Source: Ascidiella aspersa (lineage: Eukaryota). From it: a stretch of DNA of 64,000 nt. Positions within the stretch are counted from its first letter, which is position 1, and every line of letters begins with the position of its first letter. The notes beneath the pieces are model-generated. The model was not told the origin of the DNA. It ran no database searches and saw nothing but the letters and a program-made list of their open reading frames with translations. Shown in pieces: positions 25,501 to 38,045 of the stretch. The position numbers were made by a program, and so were the translations under genes. Location of the stretch: positions 8,246,001 to 8,310,000 of the forward strand of contig OZ004607.1 in assembly GCA_963924565.1 (NCBI GenBank), read 5' to 3'.

Positions 25501-28500
25501 TCATAGGAGATGCCGCCGAATTAGATAAAACCTGAATATGTTGACTAAAGTTGCCCTTAAGTGAACATATATCAAACCCTCACTTGTTAAATTAAACTAT
25601 GCCAAGCAATGTTATTACAACGTGGGATGCATAAGGCAAAAGGGTGGCGCGTCCGCCGGTCGTATTTTGCAATCTATCTTTAGTGATTTTTAGCGGTGCA
25701 CCTCGAGAGATTGAAGAGTATTCCGTGAAACTCTTTGCCAATTTGGACAATAAATTATGTGTCTTGCAAATTGCCACACAACTAAGTATTTAAGACTTGA
25801 ATGCACCCTTATCTAAAACAAAATTAAAATCGTAAATTACTATATCGTTGTTTTGTAAATAGTGTGCCGCAAAATATTTTAGATTTTTGTGCTGCAAGCC
25901 AAAAAGTTGGAGAACCACTGCCTTAAACAATGCTGATTAAAAAGCTGATTGTAAGCGGATGTGAATAGGCAAGATAAAACTTAAAACGCGTCGTTGACAG
26001 TTCTATACATAAAAGAATAAATTCAAGGCGCGATTTATAGGCAAACTACCTCGATAAAGTCAATCTAAAAATCTTAATTCCTTGTAAAAAAAATTCTATT
26101 ATTATGGCAAGCAGTATAGGCTTCGATTCGGCCTTGTAAGTCGCAAGTGAGTGAAATTAAGACAAGGCCCCGCACACAATGCGAGATTTTAGGCGACCTA
26201 TTGCCACGGGCGTTTCTGTTTCGCAAGTTGTAGGTAGGGGACGACAGCAATTTCGCTCAAACCTCCATGCAAGGGTTAATGGAGGCATTTCCAACACGCC
26301 AAAAGTGGAACCGAGTAGTTCAACTTAAAAGCCTACTGAAGTACAGATACTAGCACTTGACCTTGGGTATCGGCTCGTGTATGATATTATCAGACATCCC
26401 TAATAACAATTTGATATTTCTGATCGGCGTTTTGCAAAGAACAAGCGCATTCCTCAAATTAACAGACAAACCACAAAAATAGAACAAAGGAGTAAAGCCA
26501 AAATGAGAAACAAACAACATCGTAAAGCTATGCCGTTTAAGTGTTAAGCTATCTTTGACTTTGATAAAATCAAAATGGAAAACACATAAGCACTGATACC
26601 ACATTTGTATCGGCCAAAGACAGCATTCTTGACTTCTCCAAAACCTACATGCCAGCCTACACGTAACCTGTTCTACCCTAGTTGCCAAGATGGAAAAATT
26701 GGGACAGAACAGCTTTAGTATAATATCAGTTAATCGACTTGAAAATTTTATTTAATTTACCTAGGTTTTTGCATAATAGTGGTGTAGTTGCAACCATTGT
26801 TAGAACATAAAAATATAGTCCCTTGATGGTAATAACGACCGGCCTTCGCCCATTAAACAGACCAACCGCCGAATCTATTGATTTTTAAACAAACACAGAT
26901 GATCAATCGATGTCTTAACTTTGACACAGTTTAGGCGACCCTTAAATTTTAATATAAGTAGCACACAAACGGCTTTTAAAAGGCTTTTGGTTTTCGTTTG
27001 GTAACGAAAATCGCGCAGTATTTGTTAAGCTTAATCGGCCACGACAACTAACTTTTGGTGCTAAAAAATTTAAAATCTTTGCATGTTTAAATCCATTTTG
27101 AATGGCAATTATGCAGTTTTGTGTTTTGGACTGCTTTTTACCTCAAACGCTTGGTTTATCTCAACAAGCACAAACAAATTGCCAATAGTACTAAGAATTT
27201 TACAGTGTTTCGAAAGTGTATTAAAGAAAACAGTGTGAAATTGACAAATGAGCTTCTTTAAAAATCCTGTTAAAAGTTAATAATGTGTGGTATATGATGA
27301 GCCACTCTATTTACACACTTTTGCCAGCCTTTAAAAGCAGGCGCAAGATTCGTGATTTTCGGTGTTGAAAATAGCCGCATTAACATGGAGGAAGCAGAAT
27401 GAGGCGATTTTCTGAAATTTGGAAGCGCGCAACTGATTTTCGTATCAGTGAGATAATCTAGTCTAGGAAACAACAACCACACAGAAATTGCAAACAAGGA
27501 AGATTTTCTCTTTAGGCTGTCAACAAATAGGGGCTCATTTTGGGTAAATATTTGGCAAACACCTTCCGGTGTCGAAAACGGCCCCCTTTATCTACGTTTG
27601 TTTGTTTTCTTGTGACGACGGAAACGTACATTAATTTATGCATTTTTTTTAACAATTTTAATGCAGTTGTGTATACTGTGTATTCGTTTTATTTTAGTGA
27701 GACATCGCGTCTGAACGTTACATTGTTGGACGTGGAGTGGAAAAAAGGGTAAAAAAAGAAAGTTTTGTAATAGATTTAACCGCCTTTTTAATATGCTGAC
27801 TAGCCACTGATTATACAAGGGTTTTTTTATTTTACTAATTAGTCCGGACAACTAAGCATAACATTAAACATTTTTTTCAAGACGCTGAAACTTTAATAGC
27901 AATTTAGCATTTTTACCATAAATTTTCTGTTTTATAACCTATTAATAAAAATAAAGCTTATCCAAAAAAATGTTCAATTAAAACATATAAACTTTCTTTC
28001 TTTTTTTTAAATATCTGCTTTGGAAAGTAATGGTTGGTAGTTAGATAATTACCAATATCAGCCCATTTTGGTTATCAAGTCAATTATTTTTTTATTTGTT
28101 TATTTTTTAAAAGTAAGTTAACAAAAGACTAATATCATTTAAATTGGCTCTTTACAAGTAATTAAATAACATTTGTTACTTTGGTATTTTGGATAATTAC
28201 ACTCCCACTGAATACACATACCTACAAATATGCATTTAAATAACAAATCTTACCATGTTGATATCGAGAGGGGAAGACTGATCAGTTTCAAGTTGCTTTA
28301 CTTTGTCTTTGGCTTCTTGTAAGTTCTTTTGCAGCTCGTCATTGTGCCTTTGCAGCGCCGTAACCGTGCTGAGCAAATATTGCAGGTGGATCTGAGTTGA
28401 GCCCTCCATGTGCTTCTGTATACCCAGCCGGGATAGCTGCGAAAATCGCACAAAAACGAGCAAATATTAATGCCTATATTGGAATGAAATGGTATTTTCT

Positions 28501-31500
28501 TAAGTTTTGTAATACACTTTGAAGCTTTTTTATCATCGATGCTGGAACAAAATCCAAATAAATGGGGATACAAAAAAAAGTATCAATACTAAACAGAAAG
28601 AGATAAGTTTGGTATTGATGTGCAGTCTAAACAATGAGAGTTTTTGTGATAAGGATCAATTTTTTATGAACATTTTGCTCTGGTAATATGAAATGTTTAA
28701 ACAAAGCATTATACACTACTTTTGCTGATTAATCAACACAAGCATGTATAATCTGCATATAGTTAAACACCACGTGCAGAACACGTAAAATAACCAACTA
28801 AAAATGAAATCACAACATACCATAGTTCGAACATTTGAAGTCAAAACTTTAAGGAAAAGTATAATGAGCAATATATTCTTCAGACCCAAAATAATTCATA
28901 TTGAGAAATAAATTATTGATAACCTTGCAATATAAGTTTGTGCCAGAACCATAAAACGATAGTGATACAGGAGCTTATTTGCATCCAAACTCAAAGTTTG
29001 TATGTAAATTAGGCCACAGGAAAAAATATTGTGCCAGGCGGTTTCACACCAGAAGGACCATCTGGGCCCACCAGTGTATTAGAGTTATGTGCATTATATT
29101 CAAGAAAATGCAAAGTATAAACACTATAGTGAAATGGTTACAGCATGTGTGTAAGGGTTACTCATTTTACATTCTAAGAAATAAATCAGATCATCAGTGA
29201 ATGTATTATAAGCTGCAACATGGAAATAATATGGTACAACTTTGTGCCCTCTCCTTAATGGCTAGACAAGTAAACAGTTAGGATATTTATACACATAAAA
29301 ACTGTTCATATATATATATATAGTAAACTGACCTTTTGGTGGCATCCGACTTTGTCAAAAACACATTTTATTGGAGCCTGGGGACATTCACCATTCACGT
29401 GCTGGTTAAGCTAAAATAAACAATAAAATTGCTTTATAACAAAGTTGCTGATAAACATTTGTTAACTGATTTAAAACAAAAACAAATATTGGACTGTATC
29501 ATACCAGACTAGATTTGTATCTCTTAGTTTGTAATGTAAATTATATGCAAAACAGCCACCCAATAAAATTTAGGCTGCCTAGAGGAAAATACTTCCGGTC
29601 ATACAGCAGGAAAACAGTCCATGTTGCACACAGCAAATAATTTCCTGTTATATGCTATGACCAACCAAAAATCCTCTATGAATTCCAAAACACTGATATT
29701 GCAAATGACAAAAAGAAGTGTTCTAATTCTGAGTATTGCAATTGTACTAACAAATTTGTACCGATATTCGTTAGGTTTTCTGGTGTTTAATTTAACAAAG
29801 AATTTAAAGACCCGTGCATAAATAAGTTTTCTTTTTAAGTTTACTTACCCTAAACCTCTTGATCTGATGTTTACAGTGTGGGCACTCAACAGGTTGATGT
29901 TGTTTACAATCTTCCTCGTGGTCCTAAATTAAAGTGAAATAAAGATTTAGCACAGAGGCCACACAGCAAAAAACACATCAATTAATGGTGATGATACTGA
30001 CGCAAGTTGTGTTATAATATTAATTAATATAAAACAGAATACTGGAAGAAAATTGATAAAACCTATAAAAATAAAAAAAGTGTGTAATAGTTTTTAAGCA
30101 TCGACCATCACACTCTAATGTTATCTAATTTACATATTAGAAAAATCATTTAGTGGTAAAGCATAACAAATATTTTTTCAACAGCATGTATGCTCAAAAT
30201 GTTTTTTAGCTAATCATTTAATTAACCAGGCCATACTGGACTCAAATTTCTTTAAAATAATTATGAAATAGCAACATTTCAGTAAAAGCCAAACATTCCA
30301 GTTAAGTAATGTAATTATATAATTCAACTTGTCAAGCGTGGATTGATGCAATTTGCTCACCTTTTGGGAGTTGAAGGGAAATTCCTGGTTGCAAATGGCG
30401 CAGGTGACAGGTCGAAGCGGACACCGGTTTTGCTCGTGAGCAACCTTTTCGTCGGGGCTGAGCAACTCACCGCAGTTAAAGCGGCACAACACTTTTCGAA
30501 AGGGGCACATTTCAAGGTGGGGCTGCAAACAGTCAAAATTGAATAGGTTAAAAAAATTTTCTTGTTTAAATAAAAAAAAAAAACAATACAAAATAAAAAG
30601 AAAACAACTATAAACATAAAAAATTATACAAATTTTTTTCAAGTAGTGTGTATGCTTTGAAGCATAAGGCTGGAGGTTGTAGTTCGGTGTAGAATAAATG
30701 TTAAATTCAGCACAGAAGTAGGTAGCAATTTGTAAACATGGGGAATGAATCTATATTCATTTATACATCCATGTATACAGGTTTCACATTAAAAAATATA
30801 ACAAAAAAAACATTACCTGTATGTTTCTCAGTTCGGTTGTTACTTGGCAGCCAGGGTGTGTGCATTTCACCCTCAGGTCTAAAACTTCGCGATGAGCCGA
30901 TCTGTCCTGAAATAACTGCTTCGAAGATAATGCCATTTGATCAACTGGACATCTGGCTTTTTTCCTGAAATCAAAAATTGAGGCTTTAAAAAGTTGTATT
31001 TTATTAATTTTTTTTGCCCAATAATAGGTTTTTCTAAGAAATATAATCAAATACTGTTAAATTGTGACTGATTCTATCCCTTTCTACATCAAAAATGACT
31101 AACCGCAACTAATTGCTTTTATTTTTTAAATGAAATCACAAACAAACAAGTACTGATAAACAAAACTGGTGAAACCCAGTAGTAAATAAAGTAGTGCTCT
31201 TACTTGATGCAGCGTAAAATGCAGAGATGACAGAATCGGTGTCCACAGCCTGTTTGAACAGGGTCTCGTAGCGCCAACAGACATATCGGACACATGTACT
31301 TGTTGTCCAGGGTGGGAATAAACTCATAATCATAACCTGTGCAACAATAATTATGTGCTGTTTTAAATTTGCTTTAATTTAAACTATACAACTTACCTTG
31401 ACATACATGTATATAGTTATACAGGGAATAATGTTTAACATGGCAATTTTAGTACATCAAACGTCGCCATTGAATTTCCCAGAAATAAAGCGGATGATTT

Positions 31501-31829
31501 TACCAAAATAGTATACTAGATAAACTACCAAACATTTCTGTTTATTAAAGTAGAAAGTCAAATATCATAGATAAATAACACAAAACATATTTCAAGTTAC
31601 ACAACTGCTTTTTGTAATTAAAAATTTATTATACAGATAGATTTCTTCAGTTCACATTTTTAAAGCCCAAATAATACCTTGAACAATTTTTAGGTTTCTT
31701 ACCAACAGTGCCGTCATCAGCAAATCCGTTTACATCATTTGTATGCACATCAGGCGATGATAAGGGGGATGCCAAATCTGGCGCCGTAAATGCCAATTTA
31801 AGCGACATGTTTACTTTGCACTGAACCAT
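4372..31829 (-). CDS. TRAF6: TNF receptor-associated factor 6-like (RING, zinc fingers, coiled coil, MATH/TRAF-C); 3' end off-window
   Basis: GT-AG exons, phase-consistent, 1614 nt = 538 codons: 31703-31829, 31204-31336, 30817-30964, 30361-30522, 29849-29923, 29333-29410, 28254-28436, 18782-18887, 9988-10204, 9336-9452, 6349-6438, 4372-4549. Peptides [55 protein letters not shown] and [28 protein letters not shown] match TRAF6 as I recall it. Start codon (31829 vs 31808) uncertain. Confidence 0.88.
5020..5117. repeat. 49-bp perfect tandem duplication
   Basis: ACGTCTGTCCCAACCCAAATCAAGGTATAATCACTAATGAGTGTATGCG x2. Confidence 0.92.
7234..8270. mobile_element. hAT MITE containing a nested second MITE (~7437-7990)
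   Basis: TIRs CAGAGGTTCCCAAC / GTTGGGAAACACTG, TSD 6/8. The inner segment ends GTTGCCGACCCCTG and is a reverse-complement relative of 40328-40776. Confidence 0.75.
8970..9062. mobile_element. Palindromic MITE, same family as 15624-15770
   Basis: AAAGCCCATACAGAAGTAG...TATGTATGGGCTT. Confidence 0.7.
9988..10204 (-). CDS. TRAF6: TRAF6 internal exon (Ser/Gly-rich linker into second coiled coil)
   Basis: poly-T CCAAG acceptor, GAG|GTGAG donor, GC3-rich open frame [18 protein letters not shown]...[12 protein letters not shown]; phase 1 to 2. Confidence 0.8.
15624..15770. mobile_element. Palindromic MITE family (AAAGCCCATACAGAAGTAG inverted repeat)
   Basis: Perfect 19-bp inverted repeat 15665-15757; other copies at 8970-9062 and 44981-45528; fragments near 11090-11135 and 30655-30725. 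Confidence 0.8.
16816..17235. repeat. ~214-bp near-identical tandem duplication
   Basis: Both units start GAATATGTCATAAGCGCGTAAAGTCGAGATAGATATGACGTA (16816, 17030). Confidence 0.92.
17281..17590. repeat. ~130-135-bp diverged tandem repeat (~2.3 units)
   Basis: AAATTGGTA..TGCGGCC starts at ~17281, 17417, 17548; TTCATATCGTCAACTATTTGCT occurs twice. Confidence 0.8.
18782..18887 (-). CDS. TRAF6: TRAF6 isolated internal exon (acidic linker)
   Basis: CTTTCTCTTATAG acceptor, CAG|GTAAG donor, open frame [35 protein letters not shown]; phase 0 to 1 bridges the flanking exons exactly. Confidence 0.78.
23521..23818. mobile_element. hAT MITE
   Basis: Perfect 14-bp TIR CAGTGGTTCTCAAC; TSD CGTCAGTT/CGTTAGTT. 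Confidence 0.88.
30361..30522 (-). CDS. TRAF6: TRAF6 exon: TRAF-type zinc fingers
   Basis: [34 protein letters not shown]; TTTGCAG acceptor, AAG|GTGAG donor. Confidence 0.9.
31204..31336 (-). CDS. TRAF6: TRAF6 exon: RING finger
   Basis: CAG|GT TAT GAT...ATC AA|GTAAG; encodes [24 protein letters not shown]. Not in the frame shown in the ORF track. Confidence 0.92.
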
Positions 31830-32036
31830 CTACCAATTTCAAATTTACATGCTAATCCAAATCAATATTTCTCGACACCTAATGACTGACATCTGCTAGA
31901 GTTTAACAACACATGTTCAATGTAAAACAGAGTGTACAAATTAAACAGGTCTGATAATACAACAAAAGCCGTTAATTGATGCCAAGAAGAACCAAAACTC
32001 CTGTGAAACTAGGATGGTAACCTGATATCAGTTTAA

Positions 32037-32243
32037 CTGGCGCTGGTCTAAAAGATATCAAAACAATCAAACAATTATTAAAACTACACACAATATTTGG
32101 GTTAGGGTGCGGGTTAGCGTCTGGGTTTGGGTGGGTCATGCATTATTATTTAAATAATACTTGACCCACCCAAACCCAAGCACCAACTAACCTGTACCAT
32201 AAACCTATTAATTTGAATTGTGGTAGGATTATAGACCAGCACC
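32037..32243. mobile_element. Foldback element with GGGTTA/GGGTTT-like internal repeats
   Basis: Outer TGGCGCTGGTCTA / TAGACCAGCACCA; inner perfect GGGTTTGGGTGGGTCA / TGACCCACCCAAACCC. Confidence 0.7.
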
Positions 32244-34952
32244 AATATACATTTTATGTATGGTTTGACCACCCTCAGTGTGTTTTACATTCAAAAGGGA
32301 AACACGTTTAATCATCAGACAATAAAACTAACATTCTTTTTTACTTAGTTTTAAGAAATCCGATGGGACGCCAGTAATTTTGCCCAAAACATCGGGTATT
32401 GAAATAAAATACACAGTAATAGACATCCACACCACTACTAAATAAAAACTAGACTGGATTTCATTACTTGACATACTATCATGACGTTAGTTGCCTCCTA
32501 CGCTGATAAATCTGCAACGTAGTCTTGATATTTTTAAATATAGGATTAGTAGAGTACGCCTTTAATATTTACGTTGCAATAGGTTCCACTCACTAACTAA
32601 ATCCCACTTAGTGCTAACAATAAAGGTCAACTGTTTTCGTGATTAATCGAATTCTTGGAAATGCTGGAACCTGAAACTAAACTGCGTTGGCTTGTCATGT
32701 TTTGAAAGACAGCTGATAAGTATTTAAATGTTTGCTAGCGTCAGTACGCGCGAAGCTACATTAACCTATCGCAAACTAATGTTGTTACTATGAGCTAAAG
32801 AATTCCCTTTTTCTAAAACTTTGCATGCACAAATTTGCTCAACAGCGCCATTGAGCGCCTGTAGTATTTTGGACATTTTGTTCGGATTGAACTACGGCCA
32901 TACTTTGAACAGCATGACCGGCTGTGTCGCTCAAGCTGTCATTTGATTTCCCACCGTGTGTTGTAAATTCGTTCATCATTTTCCGATTTTCCATTCGTTT
33001 AATTATTCGCGTATGCTAACGAAAGATTAATCACCAACATCTGGCCGATGTAAGCAATATAAGAGTCGCTAAAAAAGGTAAAAACAGTCGTCGCCGTTGT
33101 GTTCATTTTGAAGTTGGATGCGTTAGTTTTCGTAGGATATGAATGGTTATTTCGTAAGTTCATTATAACTACTGATGTGCTGTTTTTTTAGTGAATTAAA
33201 TTATTTGTTTTATTGTGGATGTTGCACACGTCCGTCTTAACTTCAATCTCCTGGAAATGGAAATGCTTGGAATCACGAAACGCTCTTCAGTCAAGATCAG
33301 GGGCCGACCCAGTAGGCACGAGGTCATGCCAAACCCCATTAGTTGCCTCAAGATGTCACATCTACTTCTGAATTAGCCTACACGTTTTGTTAATAAAACT
33401 AAATAAACCCATTTTGGGGCACGAGTTTGCAGCAATAAATGGGTGTTTTAAGCGATAATCTCGGAAGAATTGGGATTTCGCACTCGCCCGCGGCCCCAAA
33501 ATATACCTGTAATGTGTTGACGTAGCCTATACTATTACGGCTTTTCCTGACCTAAAACACACCAAACGAGCTTAGCTTTTTAGCCCATATATTTATGCCT
33601 TAAATGTTTTTGCGCTATTTGTCGGCACTGTAACTTCAACTGTCCTTTAAGTTCAAAGTGTTGGACTTAAAGCATTACAACACGATTATCATACTATGTG
33701 CCGCGACACACTTGTCCGCCCCTAGAGATTTTAAGTGTAGACCTACCGCGAAACTTTTTATGATTTTGGCAAATAGGTAACCTTTAGACATTTTAGGTAT
33801 AGGCATGCGATTAGGTAAGCGGGGATTAAATGCAAACCTTTCTTTATAAAAAACTGTTATATTGTGATATTTACCATTACCAAGCTTCCAGCAATAGGCA
33901 CGATTGTCAAATTATGATATTATTGTTTTTTTAGGTTTTCTTACTGAATCGCAAACCAAACACGTTTTAGTAGAAACATACGCACTTATTTCTAGCAATT
34001 TGTACGCAGCAATAAACATAAATTAGTTGCAACTTATAGGCTAACCGTTTTGTAGGCTTTTGGCCGCATTGCGCAGTCATATGCCTCAAAAACATCTCGG
34101 CTAACTAAAAAACATTCAACCTGGCATCACGACGTCTACCACAGCCACACTTGCGTATGGTCATATCTATACCTTTCTTCCCTTTTCTCATGTGCACCTT
34201 GAGCCTTGGTAGCGAAACTAAACGCATATATTTTAAGACTTGGCTATAAAAATGCTAGTAAAACCGGACTACAAGTATTAGTAGTGCGGTTAGACGCTAA
34301 GCTACCTCTGATAGGAATCAGATACAACTCAGTTATAGGGGAAACGATAGCTTCCAAATTATTAGACAACTTACTAGCCTACAGCTTGACCGAGCACAGA
34401 AAGTTTCTTAAAGTTACATGTTGTTTTTACGTCAACCATGACGTTATCTCCTAAATTTTATACACTTCTTGAACGAATATTTTAGATTAGCCGTTGGCTT
34501 AAAAGTTGCAAAGTTAATTTACTGCTTTACCTACCACATAGATGGTTCGATATTTTGATGAGGGTCGACTATTCAGAACGTTTAAGCATTTTCATGAGGT
34601 CCATCACGAACAAAATACAGATGTTATGTAGATGTTAATCGCATATTTTAATGATATTTTTTTATGTTTTTTTTTCGAATAACAGGTGTTTCTGTAACCA
34701 CTTTGTTGTCCGTAAAACAATTTTGGTTTGCTTGACCAGGATGAGCACGGCAGTTTTCAGAGATGACGTCATAAAACAAATAGAGTATGGAACTGTTGTG
34801 TTATTTCAAAAAGTAACTGATCGAATGACAACATGATGAATGATACACGAAAAATTAGCACAGAAAACTAGAAGTTTATGTAATGACAGAAAATGTAGGC
34901 CTGCAGTTTTCATTTCGTTAAACCCAATTTTGTAGAGAAAAATGGCTTATAT

Positions 34953-35197
34953 CAGTGCTTCCCAACCAATGGGTCGCGACCCGTTGGTGGGTCGCAAAGC
35001 TATTACAGATGGGTCGCGAAAGCAATTTAAGTGTTACAGTTTTCTATTAGATCGGGAAATAATTGCATTATCATTACGTAACGTTTGCAACAATTTAACG
35101 TATAAGTATAACAATTAGACGTGTTTTGTCGCATTAAATCATTAATAAAACTTACATTAAAAGTGAATCGCGAACTGAAAAAGGTTGGGAAGGACTG
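34953..35197. mobile_element. hAT MITE
   Basis: CAGTGCTTCCCAACC / GGTTGGGAAGGACTG; TSD GCTTATAT/GCATATAT. Confidence 0.85.
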
Positions 35198-35339
35198 GCA
35201 TATATGATATATATATATATATAATCCCATGACAAAAATACTGGCAAAACAAACCTACCAATACACATCATAATCAGATAAACAGTCAATAAATAATTAA
35301 ATACGAAGAGGTCAGTGGTTTAGTTAAGACTGAAACAAA

Positions 35340-37892
35340 CTAGTGGACAACTCTGCCCCCTCTGCGATACACAACAAATGTACACAGCGCCATCATTATT
35401 CCTGCTAGGGCCATGCAGATCATTGTGTACCAAAATACAACAAGAAAAGTTCCGTAGTAATCAACAATGAGACCTGAAAAAGAACAAATACTAATTGGTG
35501 ACATTGTATTTTAGTCATATTAACAAACTTGCTTCATTTGCGGATTCTAATAATTGGCTGAAGGGCCCTGCTATAGACGTAGGTAAACAGTTAAAATTAT
35601 CGTAAAATTAAAGGCAATTAACTTCATATAGAGAAAGCATGCATTAAACTGTCATTAATAATTCAAGCAAAAAGCACACGCTTAAACACCAAGGGATGGG
35701 GGCACCACAGAAATTTTCTAAATATTTCGAGTCGTTCAGGCGACTCAGACCTCAAAAGTGGCACGGTTAAAATAAACTTTTGCCTATTTTTTCTCAAGTA
35801 TTATCTTAATTCTCTCTGACTATTAGTTTAAATTAATTTATAATTTAAATTGTGAGGCGTATTGTGTTTATATTCTGAATGACACATAGAGGGACAAAAT
35901 TTACCAAAGTATTAAGTGCTAAGGACCTCTAAATGGCATGGTCAGGCCCTACCGACCCTGAAGGGTTTTCTGAAAATGGAAAGCAAAGACAAATTAAAGT
36001 TATCTTACCGGATAATATGCCACTTGCGAAAACAGCAACGCCTCCGCATGCGAAGTACAAACCGATGGAGAGTGTCATAATTTTAGGCTCAACGAACACA
36101 GAAATAGCTGTGATGGATAATGTTGCCATTGATCCAAATGTGCCGCCATAAAGCAGGGCGTAAATGATCAGTTCGGGAAATTGACGGCCCAGGATTGCAA
36201 TGATCTGCACAGTGGAGCACGAGAATATCAACAAGGTAACAAGTCGGAGAATGTGTTTCTTTAAGTACTTGAATTTGGATAGAACAGCACCTGCCGAGAT
36301 ACACCCCAGAAAGTCGCCAAATGATATTACCGACAGCAATGCAGTGCTGTGCCTGGAACTTATTCCACCCGTGAGCGTGTGTGGAACAATGTAAACGTTG
36401 GGCACGTACATTGATAAACCGATGCAAAAGTGAACCAGCAGTAAGCACATTCCCAGCCAGTAATTTTTCAGAAAGCTAGCGGCGCGATTTTTACCTTTGA
36501 TTGTTGTGCCAGATTTACTTTGGTTAGAAGAAAATTCTAACGTTTTGTCCTCATCTACTTCAGCTGACACGCTCTCATCTTTGCAAGGCGATATTGGGTG
36601 TATCAGTGCCCCGGCGCAGCAAGCGTTGAGGTTTACAGCCGCCAATATAAGAAAGGCACCTCTCCAGTTGTACGAGTCCAACAAATACTGGTTGAGATAC
36701 GGGTAAGCCGTCCCTAAAAGAGTGTACCCGGACAGAGCAATTCCGTTGGCTAGGGGTTGCCTAGTTGAGAAGTAAAGAGAAGTTTGTGATAAGGAACAAA
36801 CTGTGATGATTCCGTACCCAACACCTGAAGCAACAATACGGGGTTAAATGCACACATATAAATTATTTTTGTTTAATTCCGATATAATTCAAAGTTTATA
36901 GTACCAACTAACACAAAAAATGTTACGTCCTATTATTGTACGACAATTGTTTCATATAAGTAGTGGGTTCGAGTCACTGACCTGTAATCACAGCTCCAAT
37001 GTACATAAGTACCATCACCGGCGAAAATGCACAGATAATTAGCCCAGAAGATCCTATAACTCCTCCAAGCATTGTCATTTGTCTTGCATCCATCCATCTC
37101 GACAGGATGTGGGGAACAACTCCTGAAATACGATTTCAAAGCAAAACGTTGTAAAAATACGTTTCAAGCGCACACAACAATTTCGTTCTTCTTAAATCAG
37201 TTTAAAGCATTTAATCTAAACATCTCTTGTCAGTGTACTGGCGTACGTCCAAAATCTAAACTTTCAATGATTTAGTGCTGAAAAGCGTTTTTTATATATC
37301 AATTTCTCCCGAATTGTGTTCTCCAGTATTTTCAACATTTTTTTTATATGGCGCTAATTTATTTTCAAAGCCGCAATATCAGGGATTGCGGATATATTCT
37401 AATGCTTCTCAATCACAGCTAATGGCACGTTTTAACAAATGGCTCAAAACTATTAACAAATGGCTCAAAACTTTTAACAAATGGCTCAAAATGGCTCAAG
37501 GCTCAAAGGTAAAAAAAACTGACACCAAAAGGACATTGGTTCATACACGAAACTGGTCTTACATTGAAAGGAAATATAATATAAACAATTCACTGTCGTA
37601 ACATGGTGATAAGAGTGACCTGATACAGTCTGACCACCGACCTGACATAGGTAGGACACTGACCTGACACGGTTAGGACACTGACGAAAAGCGACATGAA
37701 CCAGGATGTGGAGGCATTACTTGCCCCAAACTCGTTCTTTATGTCGATGAAGAAGACACCAAAACTTTTAGTGGAACCAAAGGCTATCCCTCCGCAGAAA
37801 AACGCCGATAGGGCGACAACCCAACCCCAGCCACCATTTGGGGGCTCTTTGTGAACGGCAATTCCGTTCAAAGTCCGAATTTCGAAGGACAT
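35340..37892 (-). CDS. SLC16/monocarboxylate transporter family MFS protein, paralog A (~439 aa)
   Basis: Exons 37664-37892, 36982-37122, 36009-36824, 35340-35473 (1320 nt incl. TAG). MCT signatures PPNGGWGWVV, YFSTRQPLANGIA and YNWRGAFLILAAVNLN; multiple hydrophobic segments. Confidence 0.9.
37431..37507. repeat. 21-bp tandem repeat
   Basis: TTAACAAATGGCTCAAAACT(A/T) x3 plus partial GGCTCAA copies. Confidence 0.85.
37598..37685 (-). repeat. 22-nt tandem array spanning the exon-1 donor of MCT paralog A
   Basis: GTCAGTGTCCTAACCGTGTCAG|GTCAGTGTCCTACCTATGTCAG GTCGGTGGTCAGACTGTATCAG GTCAC... Confidence 0.82.
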
Positions 37893-38045
37893 TATTCTTG
37901 ATGCATGTGGCAAGGAACAGTTGCGTGAAATTAAAACCACAAACGAAAGTAAATCTTAGCTTCTTTGTAGGTAAAACATCTGTAAAAACAGCAATTTGCC
38001 AGGGGTGGTATTTAATTAAGCGGAACGATTAGCTATACCCAACAC

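Noticed and set aside
31678-31702. Alternative TRAF6 donor at 31677 giving IVQ-GYD
   Set aside because: That frame has a stop 16 codons upstream. The G|GTAAGA donor at 31702 is stronger and fits the longer frame.
32095-32200. Telomeric repeat or interstitial telomere
   Set aside because: Only a few degenerate GGGTTA-like hexamers inside a foldback element.
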